Notes: a model not told the origin generated them from the letters alone. DNA of 64,000 nucleotides from Desulfurellaceae bacterium (GCA_021296095.1 JAGWBB010000001.1:20116-84115); one strand, 5' to 3'. Positions 1-8,968 are shown, numbered from the stretch's first letter. Numbers and translations are program-made.

Positions 1-222
1 ACCTGCCCCTCGTTTCCCCGTCCCTCCCCACGCCATCCTCCCCGGCCGATATCAAACACCGGGGTCTGAGGCGATCCCCATTCGGCACAAATGGTGCGTC
101 GAGAGGCGGTTCGGCGCGCCGCCGGTCCGTCACCCCCTTGTTTCTGTGCGGCTGAGAGATTAAGAAAACGCTAGGAGACAGCGTAGGTTGGGAACGACGG
201 AAGGTCGAGATCGGAGGATACG

Positions 223-1272
223 ATGCTGAGGACGATTTCGCTGTGCAGTGGAAAAGGCGGTGTAGGGAAAACCTTGCTGGCGTCTAGTCTGGCCCGGATC
301 ATTCAACGCGAAGAAAACTGTAAGGTCTTGCTGGCTGATTTAGACCTATCGGTCAGCGGGCTGACCCTCATGGCGTTTCGCAATAAAATCGAACTTGATC
401 AAGTTCCCTTTTCACTCTTCGACTACCTGACCGGTGATGACAACACCCAGACCGCGCTGTTCGAGACCCTGCAAGCCGCGCTGACGCCCAAGAGTGAGAG
501 CCAGGAGCACTCCGCGGCCGCGCTGTACCAGCGCCTGGATCGTCTTTTCGTGCTGCCCGCTTCCGTGGAAAGTGAGCGCCCGGACTGGCAGCAGTCGACG
601 CGGATCGAGCTCGACCTGGCGCTCGAAAAGGTCGCCCATCTGCGGCGTTTTGCCGACAAATCGCTGGACGCCACCTATCTGATCTTCGATACCCAGGCCG
701 GCCTGGGCAGCCTCAGCCTGGCCGCCGCAACGCTCAGCGATATGAACATCATCCTCATGGAAGAGGACGAGATCAGCTGGTCCACCTCGCTGCGCATGTT
801 CACCGAAGTGACCGAGCTGAACAAACGCCTCCAACACCGCTCGCGCAGCTATTTCCTGGCCAATAAAGTTCATGCCGGGATGATGGACATGGCCACCAAG
901 CTCAGGGCCTTTTCCTTTCTGCCCCCGCTTCCGTTCGACAGCTGGGCGCAGCGTCTGATGGCCGATTCCAGTTCGGCCGTTCTTGAGAAAGACTTCGAGA
1001 GCAGCGACTTCTTCCGTCATCTGCATACCCGGGTGTGGCAGGAAATCGCCCAGCTTTTCGGCCTCAATCCGAGCCCGGTCAAAAACAGCTCGTTTGCCTG
1101 GTGGCGGCTGTACAAAGGCAGGGACGAATCAGCCCCCAAGACTGGGACAGCGACCGCACCGCGTCGTCTCACGCCGCTCATTCAGCTCGACGGTCCAGCC
1201 CAGGACCGACCCGACCCGGCTCGGCCTACAGCCCAGGCCCAGCCGGCCAAGGCCGTCGCGTCGTCCCACTAG
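223..1272 (+). CDS. ParA/MinD-family P-loop ATPase with low-complexity Pro/Ala/Gln-rich C-terminal tail
   Basis: Deviant Walker A 'CSGKGGVGKT' near N-terminus; GGAGGA RBS just upstream of ATG; last ~80 aa are P/A/Q-rich low complexity. Confidence 0.7.
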   Translation: MLRTISLCSGKGGVGKTLLASSLARIIQREENCKVLLADLDLSVSGLTLMAFRNKIELDQVPFSLFDYLTGDDNTQTALFETLQAALTPKSESQEHSAAALYQRLDRLFVLPASVESERPDWQQSTRIELDLALEKVAHLRRFADKSLDATYLIFDTQAGLGSLSLAAATLSDMNIILMEEDEISWSTSLRMFTEVTELNKRLQHRSRSYFLANKVHAGMMDMATKLRAFSFLPPLPFDSWAQRLMADSSSAVLEKDFESSDFFRHLHTRVWQEIAQLFGLNPSPVKNSSFAWWRLYKGRDESAPKTGTATAPRRLTPLIQLDGPAQDRPDPARPTAQAQPAKAVASSH

Positions 1273-1319
1273 GCATAGGCATCCGCCGGGCGAGACAGGG
1301 CGAAGGCGGCCGGGCGCGG

Positions 1320-2291
1320 CTAGGGAATCAAAACAACTTTCCCCATTGTACGCCGGGCGGCCAGATACCGATGGGCATCGGCCGCCCGGGCGAGCGGAAA
1401 CGTCCGGTCAAGGACCGGCCTGAGGGTGCCGGCGTGGACCATGGCCAGCAACTCCTGCATCGGCTGGCGGTGGAGGGCGGCGTGCCACGGCGGCAGGCCC
1501 AGATGCAGCCCGCTGACCGTCAGATTACGGGTCAGAATCTGCGCAGCATCGAGCAGAGGCAGGGAGCCGCTGGCCCGACCATACACGACCAGCCGGCCCA
1601 TCGGCACCAGACAGTCCAAACTCCGTGTCAACACGTCGCCGCCGACACACTCCAGCACGACATCGACCCCGCGTCGGTCGGTCATGCGCAGCACCTCGGA
1701 CACAAAGTCGTGCTCGGTGTAGTTGATGACTTCCTCGACGCCCAGCTGACGTAAGCGTTGCAGTTTTTGCTCGCTCGACGCCGTGGCAAACACACGGGCG
1801 CCCCACAGCTTGGCCAGTTGGACGGCGACCGTGCCGACCCCGCTGGCCGCAGCCTGGACCAGGACAAAATCCTGGGGCTGGACACGCGCGCTGGTTTTCA
1901 GAATGTGATAGGCGGTCGCAAAGACGACCGGCATGCCGGCCGCAGCCTCAACACTCAGGGAATCGGGTACAGGGTAGACCGCGTCTGGCGCTGCGGTGGC
2001 ATACTCGGCATAACCGCCACCGCCGACCCAGGCCATGACCCGCTCGCCGACCCGCAGCGTGCTGACCTCAGCGCCGACCTGAACGACTTGGCCGGCCACC
2101 TCCAGACCGGGCGTCAGCGGCAGTGGGAAGGCTGACGGATAGCGCCCCTGGCGCCGACCGAGGTCAGAATAGTTCACTCCGGCCGCAGCCACCTTGATCA
2201 GAACCTGCTCGTCTCCAACGGCCGGCTCAGCCACCTCCTCGTAGCGCAACACCTCGGGCCCGCCGAACTGATGAAAACGAATGGCTCGCAT
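1320..2291 (-). CDS. NADPH:quinone oxidoreductase / zinc-binding alcohol dehydrogenase (MDR) family
   Basis: N-terminus 'MRAIRFHQFGGPEVLRYEEV...IKVAAAGVNYSD' is typical of Qor-like MDR enzymes; Rossmann 'AAASGVGT' motif. Confidence 0.8.
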   Translation of the reverse strand: MRAIRFHQFGGPEVLRYEEVAEPAVGDEQVLIKVAAAGVNYSDLGRRQGRYPSAFPLPLTPGLEVAGQVVQVGAEVSTLRVGERVMAWVGGGGYAEYATAAPDAVYPVPDSLSVEAAAGMPVVFATAYHILKTSARVQPQDFVLVQAAASGVGTVAVQLAKLWGARVFATASSEQKLQRLRQLGVEEVINYTEHDFVSEVLRMTDRRGVDVVLECVGGDVLTRSLDCLVPMGRLVVYGRASGSLPLLDAAQILTRNLTVSGLHLGLPPWHAALHRQPMQELLAMVHAGTLRPVLDRTFPLARAADAHRYLAARRTMGKVVLIP

Positions 2292-2321
2292 GGCCCGTTG
2301 TAGACGCCGGGGACGGGGGTC

Positions 2322-3287
2322 TTAAAATACGGCCAGCGGATTCACCGGCGAAGCGGTTCCCTTGACCAGCACCAGCGGAGCAATGACCGACAGAAACGTC
2401 CAGCGCGAGCGCTGGGCGCAGGCCAGGGCGACAGCCTCAAGGTCGCAGTTGTCTATCAGGTGCAGGCCCATGGCTACAATCGTGACGGCATGGATGGGCA
2501 GCAGCAGCTTTTCATAGCCGCTGGGCAGCACATCGCTGGCGCCGTCGCCGGCCATGGCGGCCACTTCGCGGGCGTGCAGCCACGGCAAACAGGCCGCCCC
2601 AAGCCCAGCCATGCCGTCGTTGAACGAGTCCCACGGCCCGGTGGCTTTCAGCCGCGCGTGGCGTCCGGTGCGGACAAACAGCACGTCCCCGCTCTCGACC
2701 CGAAAGCCGCCGGCCTGTTCGGCCTGGTCAAGATCGGCCGGGGTGATTTCCTCTCCGGGTTCGAGCCACTCCTTGCCCTTCAAGCGGGGAATGTCGATCA
2801 GCACGCCCCGAGACACGATCCCGTCTTTGAGCGCGTCGATAGCGCCGTTCTGGGCGCCCTTGGCCCCGACATCCTCTGACGGATAGCCGTTATACATCTG
2901 GCCCTTGTGGAAGACGTGGCACAGCGCGTCGAGGTGGGTGTTGGCCAGGCCGTGGGGGGCAATCGCAAAGTAGTCGGCGCTGTACGGAATCGGCGCGGCA
3001 CTACTCTCTTCTTTGGACCCGGTCTGCATCATGAGGTGCATCACCGGGGTCGGATTATCAGGACCAGGTTCGGTCGCCAGGGGCAGCGACATGGACACGG
3101 CCTGCCCGTCCTGGATGAGGGCCGCGGCCTGGGCCCGCTTTTGCGGCGTAATATAGTTGAGCGCCCCCAGCTGGTCGCCCTGACCCCATTTGCCCCAGTT
3201 GCTGAGGCTGGTGAAAAACTCGTTGACTTGTGCTTCGCTCAGATCACGGTTGGCTGCCATAGCCGTCCCTCCTTTGGCCGGCATCAT
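2322..3287 (-). CDS. putative cyclase-family protein (arylformamidase/kynurenine formamidase-like)
   Basis: Sequence similarity pattern to cyclase family (PF04199-like); exact start uncertain (internal Met possible). Confidence 0.55.
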   Translation of the reverse strand: MMPAKGGTAMAANRDLSEAQVNEFFTSLSNWGKWGQGDQLGALNYITPQKRAQAAALIQDGQAVSMSLPLATEPGPDNPTPVMHLMMQTGSKEESSAAPIPYSADYFAIAPHGLANTHLDALCHVFHKGQMYNGYPSEDVGAKGAQNGAIDALKDGIVSRGVLIDIPRLKGKEWLEPGEEITPADLDQAEQAGGFRVESGDVLFVRTGRHARLKATGPWDSFNDGMAGLGAACLPWLHAREVAAMAGDGASDVLPSGYEKLLLPIHAVTIVAMGLHLIDNCDLEAVALACAQRSRWTFLSVIAPLVLVKGTASPVNPLAVF

Positions 3288-3389
3288 AGGCAGCGCCCAT
3301 CAGAGCTGTCAAGAAAAACAGGCTGGCCAGCCGGCGGACGGCTGTGCTACACCTGGACGGGCTCTGAACACGGGCTGAGCAAACTGAAG

Positions 3390-4124
3390 ATGGATCTGTT
3401 GACTCGACTCACGGACGCGCTGGCCGCCTACGGACTGAACCTGATCGGCACGACGAGCCGGGCGGCCTACGAGGCGCTCGTGCCCGCCACCTACGGCCTG
3501 GAGCCGCTCCTGGCGCAGACCCGAAGCGTTATCGTCATCGGCAACGGAGGGGGCGCTTTCTGGACCGGCTTCCGCCCCTATGCGACCCGTCATGCGGACG
3601 ACCCGCACCCGCTGGATGACTACACGGTCGAAGTCGTCGAACGCAGCCTGACGCCGATTCTGGCATCCTCGGGTGCGCGGTACCGGTATGCCTATCCGTT
3701 TCGTTTTTGGACCGAGCCGGTCTCGTTCATGCACCTGGCTCAGGCCGCAGGTCTGGCCGGGCCAAGCCGGCTGGGCATCATGCTTCACCCGGTCTACGGT
3801 CCGTGGCTGGCTCTGCGCGCTGCGGTGCTGCTTGACCGAGACCTCCACCTCCCGCCCCCGGCAGCGGGCTTTGATCCCTGCCCTGACTGCGCCGAAAAGC
3901 CCTGCATCCAGGCCTGCCCGGCGGGTGCGGTCAGCGCCGGGCGCGGCTGGGATATTCAGGGCTGCGTTCAATATCGGCTGACGGCCAGCCAGGACTGTGC
4001 GGACGCATGTCACGCCCGCTACCAGTGCGTGTACGGCCGGCAGCACCGCTATCCGCCAGACGCCCTGCGCTACCACCAGGCCCACAGCCTGGCCACCATG
4101 CGAAAGTATAGGGAAGACACGTAG
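3390..4124 (+). CDS. hypothetical protein with C-terminal Cys cluster (C-x2-C-x4-C-x3-C-P, Fe-S-like)
   Basis: ORF 2907..4124 is trimmed to the in-frame ATG at 3390 (MDLLTRL...) to avoid overlap with the convergent cyclase gene; motif 'CPDCAEKPCIQACP'; the antisense ORF 3309..4085 is judged spurious. Confidence 0.4.
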   Translation: MDLLTRLTDALAAYGLNLIGTTSRAAYEALVPATYGLEPLLAQTRSVIVIGNGGGAFWTGFRPYATRHADDPHPLDDYTVEVVERSLTPILASSGARYRYAYPFRFWTEPVSFMHLAQAAGLAGPSRLGIMLHPVYGPWLALRAAVLLDRDLHLPPPAAGFDPCPDCAEKPCIQACPAGAVSAGRGWDIQGCVQYRLTASQDCADACHARYQCVYGRQHRYPPDALRYHQAHSLATMRKYREDT

Positions 4125-4169
4125 GGACGAAAAATCCTTCGCTCCTACATTTGCCCTGTGACTTCTTGC

Positions 4170-4778
4170 CTAGGCCTTGGCGCTGGGCCGTGCCGACACG
4201 GCTTCATGCCAGCGGGCCAGATTTTTCTGCTCCGGAGCAATGCCGATCTTCGACACCCGCCCGAAATCAACCGCGCACAGGGCGGTAATATCGGCCACGC
4301 TGAAGCGTTCGCCGGCGACAAACTGCCGGTCGGCCAGGACCTCATCGAGCCAGGCCAGATTTTGGACGGCCCGCCGCTTGGCCACCTCGGCATACTCTGG
4401 GCACTGCTCGATGCGACCCTTGAAAAACGCGTGGTGTTGACGGAACGAATCGGCAATCGGCAGCAGGAGTTCAAACTCCATGCGGCGGTCCCACATGGCC
4501 ACCACGGCCCGGTCGGTGGCATCAACGCCCAATAGCGGCGGCTCGGGCTGGATTTCTTCAAAATAGCGGCAGATGGCGGCGCTTTCTGCAATACAGGTGC
4601 CGTCGTCCAGCTCCAGCACCGGCACCGTGCCCATGGGGTTTTTCTGCCGGAACTCAGCCTGACGGTTGACCGCGTTCATAATATCAACTTCCTCGAACGG
4701 GACATCGAGCCCTTTTTCGGCCACAAAGATGCGGACCCGGCGCGGGTTGGGGGCGGCTTTGCTGTCGTGAACTTTCAT
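4170..4778 (-). CDS. glutathione S-transferase family protein
   Basis: GST N-terminal thioredoxin-like fold pattern 'RVRIFVAEKGLDVPFEEVDI...NPMGTVPVLELDDGTCIAES'; start set at MKVHDS, preceded by AAGGAGGA RBS. Confidence 0.75.
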   Translation of the reverse strand: MKVHDSKAAPNPRRVRIFVAEKGLDVPFEEVDIMNAVNRQAEFRQKNPMGTVPVLELDDGTCIAESAAICRYFEEIQPEPPLLGVDATDRAVVAMWDRRMEFELLLPIADSFRQHHAFFKGRIEQCPEYAEVAKRRAVQNLAWLDEVLADRQFVAGERFSVADITALCAVDFGRVSKIGIAPEQKNLARWHEAVSARPSAKA

Positions 4779-4903
4779 ACCATCCTCCTTGCTGAAGTCT
4801 GGGCTCAACCTATACCAGCCGATACACCGGAGCTAGACGGGCGGGCTGAGACCGCTTCCGACGGAGCCCGATGTAGGCTATGCTTCGCCCCAGGAGACAT
4901 CCT

Positions 4904-5965
4904 ATGCCCCTGCCCGACCCGATCCTGCAATCCGAAGCCTTTGAGTTGAGCGACGCCGTCCAGGTCAACGAGTTCTACCAAGACAAGGGCTGGACCGATG
5001 GCTTGCCTATTGTCCCGCCCACCGCCTACGGGGTAAGCGCCTGTCTGCGGGCGGCGGGACTCAGCCCAGACACGATCATCGGCATCGAACGCGTCCGGCA
5101 GCGGCCCCTGACGGCCGAAAAAGTGGCCATCAACGCCGTCATGGCGGGCTGTCTGCCCAGCTACATGCCGGTCCTGGTCGCCGTCCTGCAAGCCATGTGC
5201 GAGGAGCCGTTCAACCTGCACGGCAGCACGGCCAGTACCGGCGGCAGCGCCCAGTGCATTGTGGTCAACGGTCCCATCCGCCAGACCCTGGGCATGAACG
5301 CCACCCATAATGTGCTGAGCACCGGCAATCGGGCCAATGCGACGATTGGCCGGGCGGTGCGCCTGGTGCTGATCAATGTCCTGGGCTGCGTGCCCGGCCA
5401 GTTGGACCGCTCCACCCTGGGCCATCCGGGCAAGTATTCGCTGTGTCTCGCCGAAGACGAGGAGGACAGCCCGTGGCTGCCGCTGGCCCAACAGCGCGGC
5501 GTGGCCGAGGGCATGTCAGCCGTCACCGTCATGGCCTGCGAATCGCCCCGCCAGACCATGAACGAGTGGACCCACGACCCCGAGGAAATCGTCGAGACCT
5601 TTGCCGCTGAGATGCGTCACAATATGCTGACCTACTCGATCTGGCCGGGCAACTACGGGCTGGTCATTCCCAAACAGCTGCGCGAGTTGCTGGCTGCGGC
5701 CGGTTGGCAGAAACACGACATCCAGGAGTATGTGTACCGCCGCGCCCGGGTCAGGCGGAGCGACTGGGCCGGCGTCGGCAAGGCCGCTATCGTCAACCGG
5801 GGCGGCGGACCGGACCAGGAATTTTGCGCCTTGCGCACCCCAGAGGATCTGCTGGTGGTTGCCGCAGGCGGGCCGGCGGGCGGCTTTGGCGCGGTCGTGC
5901 CGCCCTGGCTGGGGTCCAAGGCGCTGGCGGTGACCAGGCCGGTCACACCGTCGGGAGGAGAATAG
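4904..5965 (+). CDS. conserved hypothetical protein (first gene of selenoprotein operon)
   Basis: Start set at MPLPDP with AGGAGA RBS 7 nt upstream; ends 5 nt before the selenoprotein gene; no family recognised by eye. Confidence 0.5.
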   Translation: MPLPDPILQSEAFELSDAVQVNEFYQDKGWTDGLPIVPPTAYGVSACLRAAGLSPDTIIGIERVRQRPLTAEKVAINAVMAGCLPSYMPVLVAVLQAMCEEPFNLHGSTASTGGSAQCIVVNGPIRQTLGMNATHNVLSTGNRANATIGRAVRLVLINVLGCVPGQLDRSTLGHPGKYSLCLAEDEEDSPWLPLAQQRGVAEGMSAVTVMACESPRQTMNEWTHDPEEIVETFAAEMRHNMLTYSIWPGNYGLVIPKQLRELLAAAGWQKHDIQEYVYRRARVRRSDWAGVGKAAIVNRGGGPDQEFCALRTPEDLLVVAAGGPAGGFGAVVPPWLGSKALAVTRPVTPSGGE

Positions 5966-5969
5966 GCGT

Positions 5970-6494
5970 ATGAGTATCCGCGTTCTGAGTCCGACCTTTG
6001 AGCAAGCCGTGGACCAAAACGGACGGGTGCCGCGTCTGACCTCGTTGCACGGCTGCACCCTGGGGCTGTTGGACAACAGCAAAATCAAAGTCCGCGAGCT
6101 GCTCGACCATGTGGAGGAGCTGCTGCGGACCGAGTATGGCGTGGCCCATGTCGTGCGGCTCAGAAAGCCCGACGCCAGCCGGCCCGCCCCCCCAGAGCTG
6201 GTGACCGAGATGGCGCGCTGTGAGGCCGTCATCTCGGCCGTCGGCGATTGAGGCAGCTGCTCGTCGTGCAGTTTGCACGACGCCCTGAGCGCTGAAAAAG
6301 CCGGCGTGGCGGCCACCGCCATCATCACCGACCGCTTTGTCCAAACCGCCCAGGTCATGGCCCGGGTTTCGGGCATGGCGGATTATCCGTTCGCCGTGAT
6401 TGCCCACCCGATCGCCAATAACAGCCAGACCGTGCTGCGCGACAAGGCCCAACAGGCGCTGCGCCAGTGTGTGGAGCAGCTGGTGCAGGGCTAG
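5970..6494 (+). CDS. UGSC-motif selenoprotein (in-frame UGA at 6249-6251 read as selenocysteine)
   Basis: ORFs 5970..6251 and 6273..6494 are in the same frame, separated only by TGA; readthrough gives '...AVISAVGD-U-GSCSSCSLHDAL...'; a SECIS-like hairpin lies immediately 3' of the TGA; GGGAGGAG RBS upstream of the 5970 ATG. Confidence 0.75.
6249..6282 (+). promoter_or_regulatory. Sec-UGA codon plus bacterial SECIS-like hairpin (CGTCGTGCA-GTT-TGCACGACG)
   Basis: Perfect 9-bp inverted repeat at 6262-6270/6274-6282, starting 11 nt after the UGA; the apical loop contains G-U; this geometry matches the bSECIS placement requirement. Confidence 0.6.
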
Positions 6495-6497
6495 GCC

Positions 6498-7205
6498 ATG
6501 GCTTTGAAGAAAGTGCCCGCCAAGAGCGGTAAACACGCCCTGCGGGAGGAATCCATCCTCCAGGCTGCGGCCGCCTGCTTTGGCGAGCACGGCTACCGTG
6601 CCACCACCCTGGAGATGGTCGCCGAGCGGCTCGACATCTCGCGGGTGACCCTGTACCGCTACTGTCCGAGCAAAGAAGAACTGCTGATTCGGGTCTTTGA
6701 GCGCTCCATCGCCATCTTCCAACGCGGCCTGCGCCACATCTGCGAACAAGACATTCCGCCGGCCGAAAAACTGCGCCAGATCATCCGCCATCAAGTCCGT
6801 CTGATGGCCGATCACCGCAATTTTCTGACCGTCTACTTCAGCGAAGAGGGCAATCTGCCGCCCGACATGGCCGAGCGCTCGCGGGCCGAGCGACGGGTCT
6901 ACGATGGGCTGATCGAGGGGGTGATTCGCCAGGGCGTGGAATCCGGCCAGTTTGCCCGCCTGCCGGTCAAGCTGCTGTCGTTCGCCATCCTGGGCATGTG
7001 CAACTGGCTGTACCAGTGGTACCAGCCCGACGGTCCGCTGGCTGCGGATGAGGTGGCGCGGATCTTTATTGACCTCGTCGAGCACGGCTATCTGCGCGAT
7101 GACCCGCAGCACGAACTGTTGTCCGGCCTGGAGCGGGTCGAAAAAACCCTGAGTTCCCTCCAGCAGCAGCTCCAGCCCGCCTCCCGTTCCGACCCACCCG
7201 CCTGA
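6498..7205 (+). CDS. TetR/AcrR-family transcriptional regulator
   Basis: N-terminal HTH 'TTLEMVAERLDISRVTLYRYCPSKEELL'; starts 4 nt after the selenoprotein stop. Confidence 0.85.
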   Translation: MALKKVPAKSGKHALREESILQAAAACFGEHGYRATTLEMVAERLDISRVTLYRYCPSKEELLIRVFERSIAIFQRGLRHICEQDIPPAEKLRQIIRHQVRLMADHRNFLTVYFSEEGNLPPDMAERSRAERRVYDGLIEGVIRQGVESGQFARLPVKLLSFAILGMCNWLYQWYQPDGPLAADEVARIFIDLVEHGYLRDDPQHELLSGLERVEKTLSSLQQQLQPASRSDPPA

Positions 7206-7241
7206 CACGGACCGCTCCGGCCTTGGCCGCTGGCCGGTCGT

Positions 7242-7271
7242 GTAACCCAAACGCCTGTCTCAGGGGTCTAA
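7242..7271 (+). promoter_or_regulatory. candidate ECF-type autoregulated promoter (GTAACC...N18...GTCTAA)
   Basis: AAC-containing -35-like and GTCTAA -10-like elements resemble sigma-E-type promoters; lies just upstream of the ECF sigma ORF; the spacing is slightly long, so confidence is low. Confidence 0.2.
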
Positions 7272-7277
7272 AGAAGT

Positions 7278-7892
7278 ATGCACGGAGCCGGGGGAGTGGA
7301 AACCGTTGAAGCCCGGGTCGAGCGGCCAGACGCCGGGCAGCTGGAGCTGGAACACCGCTTCGGGCTGCTGGTCGGCTCCCATCGGGAACGCGCCAGACGC
7401 CTGGCTTGGCGGCTAGTCGGCGGCGACGCCGAGGCGGCCGAGGACATCACCCAGGACGCCTTTGTCAGGGCCTATCAGCGGCTTGGCACGTTTCGGCACC
7501 AGGCCCGCCTCGAGACCTGGTTTTATCGCATCCTGGTCCGCCAGGCTCAGACCTACCGTCGCTGGCGTGCGGTGCGCGACCGCTGGCAGCAGGTGTGGAA
7601 TCCGTCCGTCCCCGAACACGCTCCACAGCCGAGCGGGACGGCTCCGGAGGACACTGATCCTTTTGTCAGGCAACGCATAGCCGCAGCGCTGGAACATCTG
7701 AGCCGCAGTCAGCGCGAGGCGTTTGTCCTGGTCCATCTGGAAGGATTCACCGTTCGTGAATGTGCCGAGCTGATGGGCAAGCCCAGCGGGACGGTCAAGA
7801 GCCATCTGCACCGCGCCCTCGGCCGTTTACGGACCGAGCTGGCCGACCTCAGCCCGTTGGAGGCTGGGCCGGCCACGGAGCACGACCGATGA
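7278..7892 (+). CDS. RNA polymerase ECF-type sigma-70 factor
   Basis: Region 2 'AEDITQDAFVRAYQRL' and region 4 HTH 'LSRSQREAFVLVHLEGFTVRECAELMGKPSGTVKSHLHRALGRLR'. Confidence 0.85.
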   Translation: MHGAGGVETVEARVERPDAGQLELEHRFGLLVGSHRERARRLAWRLVGGDAEAAEDITQDAFVRAYQRLGTFRHQARLETWFYRILVRQAQTYRRWRAVRDRWQQVWNPSVPEHAPQPSGTAPEDTDPFVRQRIAAALEHLSRSQREAFVLVHLEGFTVRECAELMGKPSGTVKSHLHRALGRLRTELADLSPLEAGPATEHDR

Positions 7893-8332
7893 GTACAGCG
7901 TCCACACACCGGTCGCCCGGGCAGACAGACACGGAGTTTGTCACACGCCTGGCCGACCACTATGCCCCGCCCCCCCTCAGCCCAGGCCAGCGGGCCGCCT
8001 GGGACGCGAGGCTCGCCGCCCGGCTTGAAACGCGACGCCGGGCGGCGCTCCTTCCCGGGCTGGCAACGGCCGCGCTCGCCACCGCGCTGGTGTTCGGTCT
8101 GGGCGGGTGGTTTGGGTTTGAGTCGGGCGACCCGCCGGTCCGCCCTGCCCCGGTGGTGTCGGCCACACAAACGCGGACACTTGTCGTGTCTGCGGAAGAT
8201 TCGGTATCTGACCTCCCGGACGACTGGGAGTATCTGCTGGCCTTGCAGCCGGCCGACGAAGAAGAGGCTGAGCAGCCCGGGCTGCTACCGGACGACTATG
8301 CGGCGATCGCAAGCATTTTTTTGGAAAGCTGA
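7889..8332 (+). CDS. putative anti-sigma factor (single-pass membrane protein)
   Basis: ATGA start/stop overlap with the sigma gene; one hydrophobic helix 'LLPGLATAALATALVFGLGGWFGF'; positional logic for sigma/anti-sigma pairs. Confidence 0.55.
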   Translation: MSTASTHRSPGQTDTEFVTRLADHYAPPPLSPGQRAAWDARLAARLETRRRAALLPGLATAALATALVFGLGGWFGFESGDPPVRPAPVVSATQTRTLVVSAEDSVSDLPDDWEYLLALQPADEEEAEQPGLLPDDYAAIASIFLES

Positions 8333-8348
8333 AGTGAAAGGAGAGAAT

Positions 8349-8957
8349 ATGTATCGTGTTGTGTGTGTGTGCGTACTGCTGCTCGGGCTGAGTGTCCCCG
8401 AGGCCAGCGGCGAACAGCCGGGACGGTCTCGGCACGCCGGTCCTCCGGCCGCGCGTTTTATCGAAAAACACGCCGAGCAGCTCGGGATTGACGAAACCAC
8501 CCGGCAGGCCATCCAGAGCCTGGTCGAGGAGGCGCGGGCCAGGGGGCGGGAAATCCGCACTTCCCTGAAGCAGGCGCGGACCGAGATGCGCGGGCTGCTG
8601 GAGCAGGACAGCCCGGACGAAGCCGCGGTCATGCAGCACGCCGAACGGATCGGCGCGCTGCGAACCGAGATCCGCAAAAACCGCCTGCGGGCGATGTTGC
8701 AGATTCGGGCTCTACTCAGCTCGGAACAACGTCAAGCCCTGACCGCACTACGCCAGGAAAAACGCCCCGGTCGCCGGCGAGGGGGACGGTTTGGCGCGTG
8801 TCGGACCAATCTTGCCGAGCTGTGCCCCGAGGCCGGGCCGGGCCGGGCCTCGCTGCAATGTCTCAGCGACAACTGGGCTGCCCTGTCCCCGGGCTGTCAG
8901 GCCGTGTTTGAACGCGGCCGGCATCGGGGCAAACGCAGATCGGAACGGCCGGACTGA
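8349..8957 (+). CDS. periplasmic Spy/CpxP/ZraP-like (LTxxQ) protein with Cys-rich C-terminal domain
   Basis: GAAAGGAGAG RBS; signal-peptide-like N-terminus 'MYRVVCVCVLLLGLSVPEASG'; helical 'LTALRQE' LTxxQ-like repeats; C-terminal 'C...LC...C...C' cluster. Confidence 0.55.
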   Translation: MYRVVCVCVLLLGLSVPEASGEQPGRSRHAGPPAARFIEKHAEQLGIDETTRQAIQSLVEEARARGREIRTSLKQARTEMRGLLEQDSPDEAAVMQHAERIGALRTEIRKNRLRAMLQIRALLSSEQRQALTALRQEKRPGRRRGGRFGACRTNLAELCPEAGPGRASLQCLSDNWAALSPGCQAVFERGRHRGKRRSERPD

Positions 8958-8968
8958 GCCGCGCCAGC

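Noticed and set aside
2907-3389. 5' extension of ORF 2907..4124 and the overlapping antisense ORF 3309..4085
   Set aside because: The extension overlaps the convergent cyclase gene and is R/G/H-rich nonsense. The in-frame ATG at 3390 begins a plausible protein (MDLLTRL...).
5943-7250. 435-aa minus-strand ORF antisense to the selenoprotein and TetR genes (also 5516..6376 -)
   Set aside because: It overlaps plus-strand genes that have clear family signatures (TetR HTH; SECIS-supported selenoprotein). Long antisense ORFs like this are expected in ~65% GC DNA.
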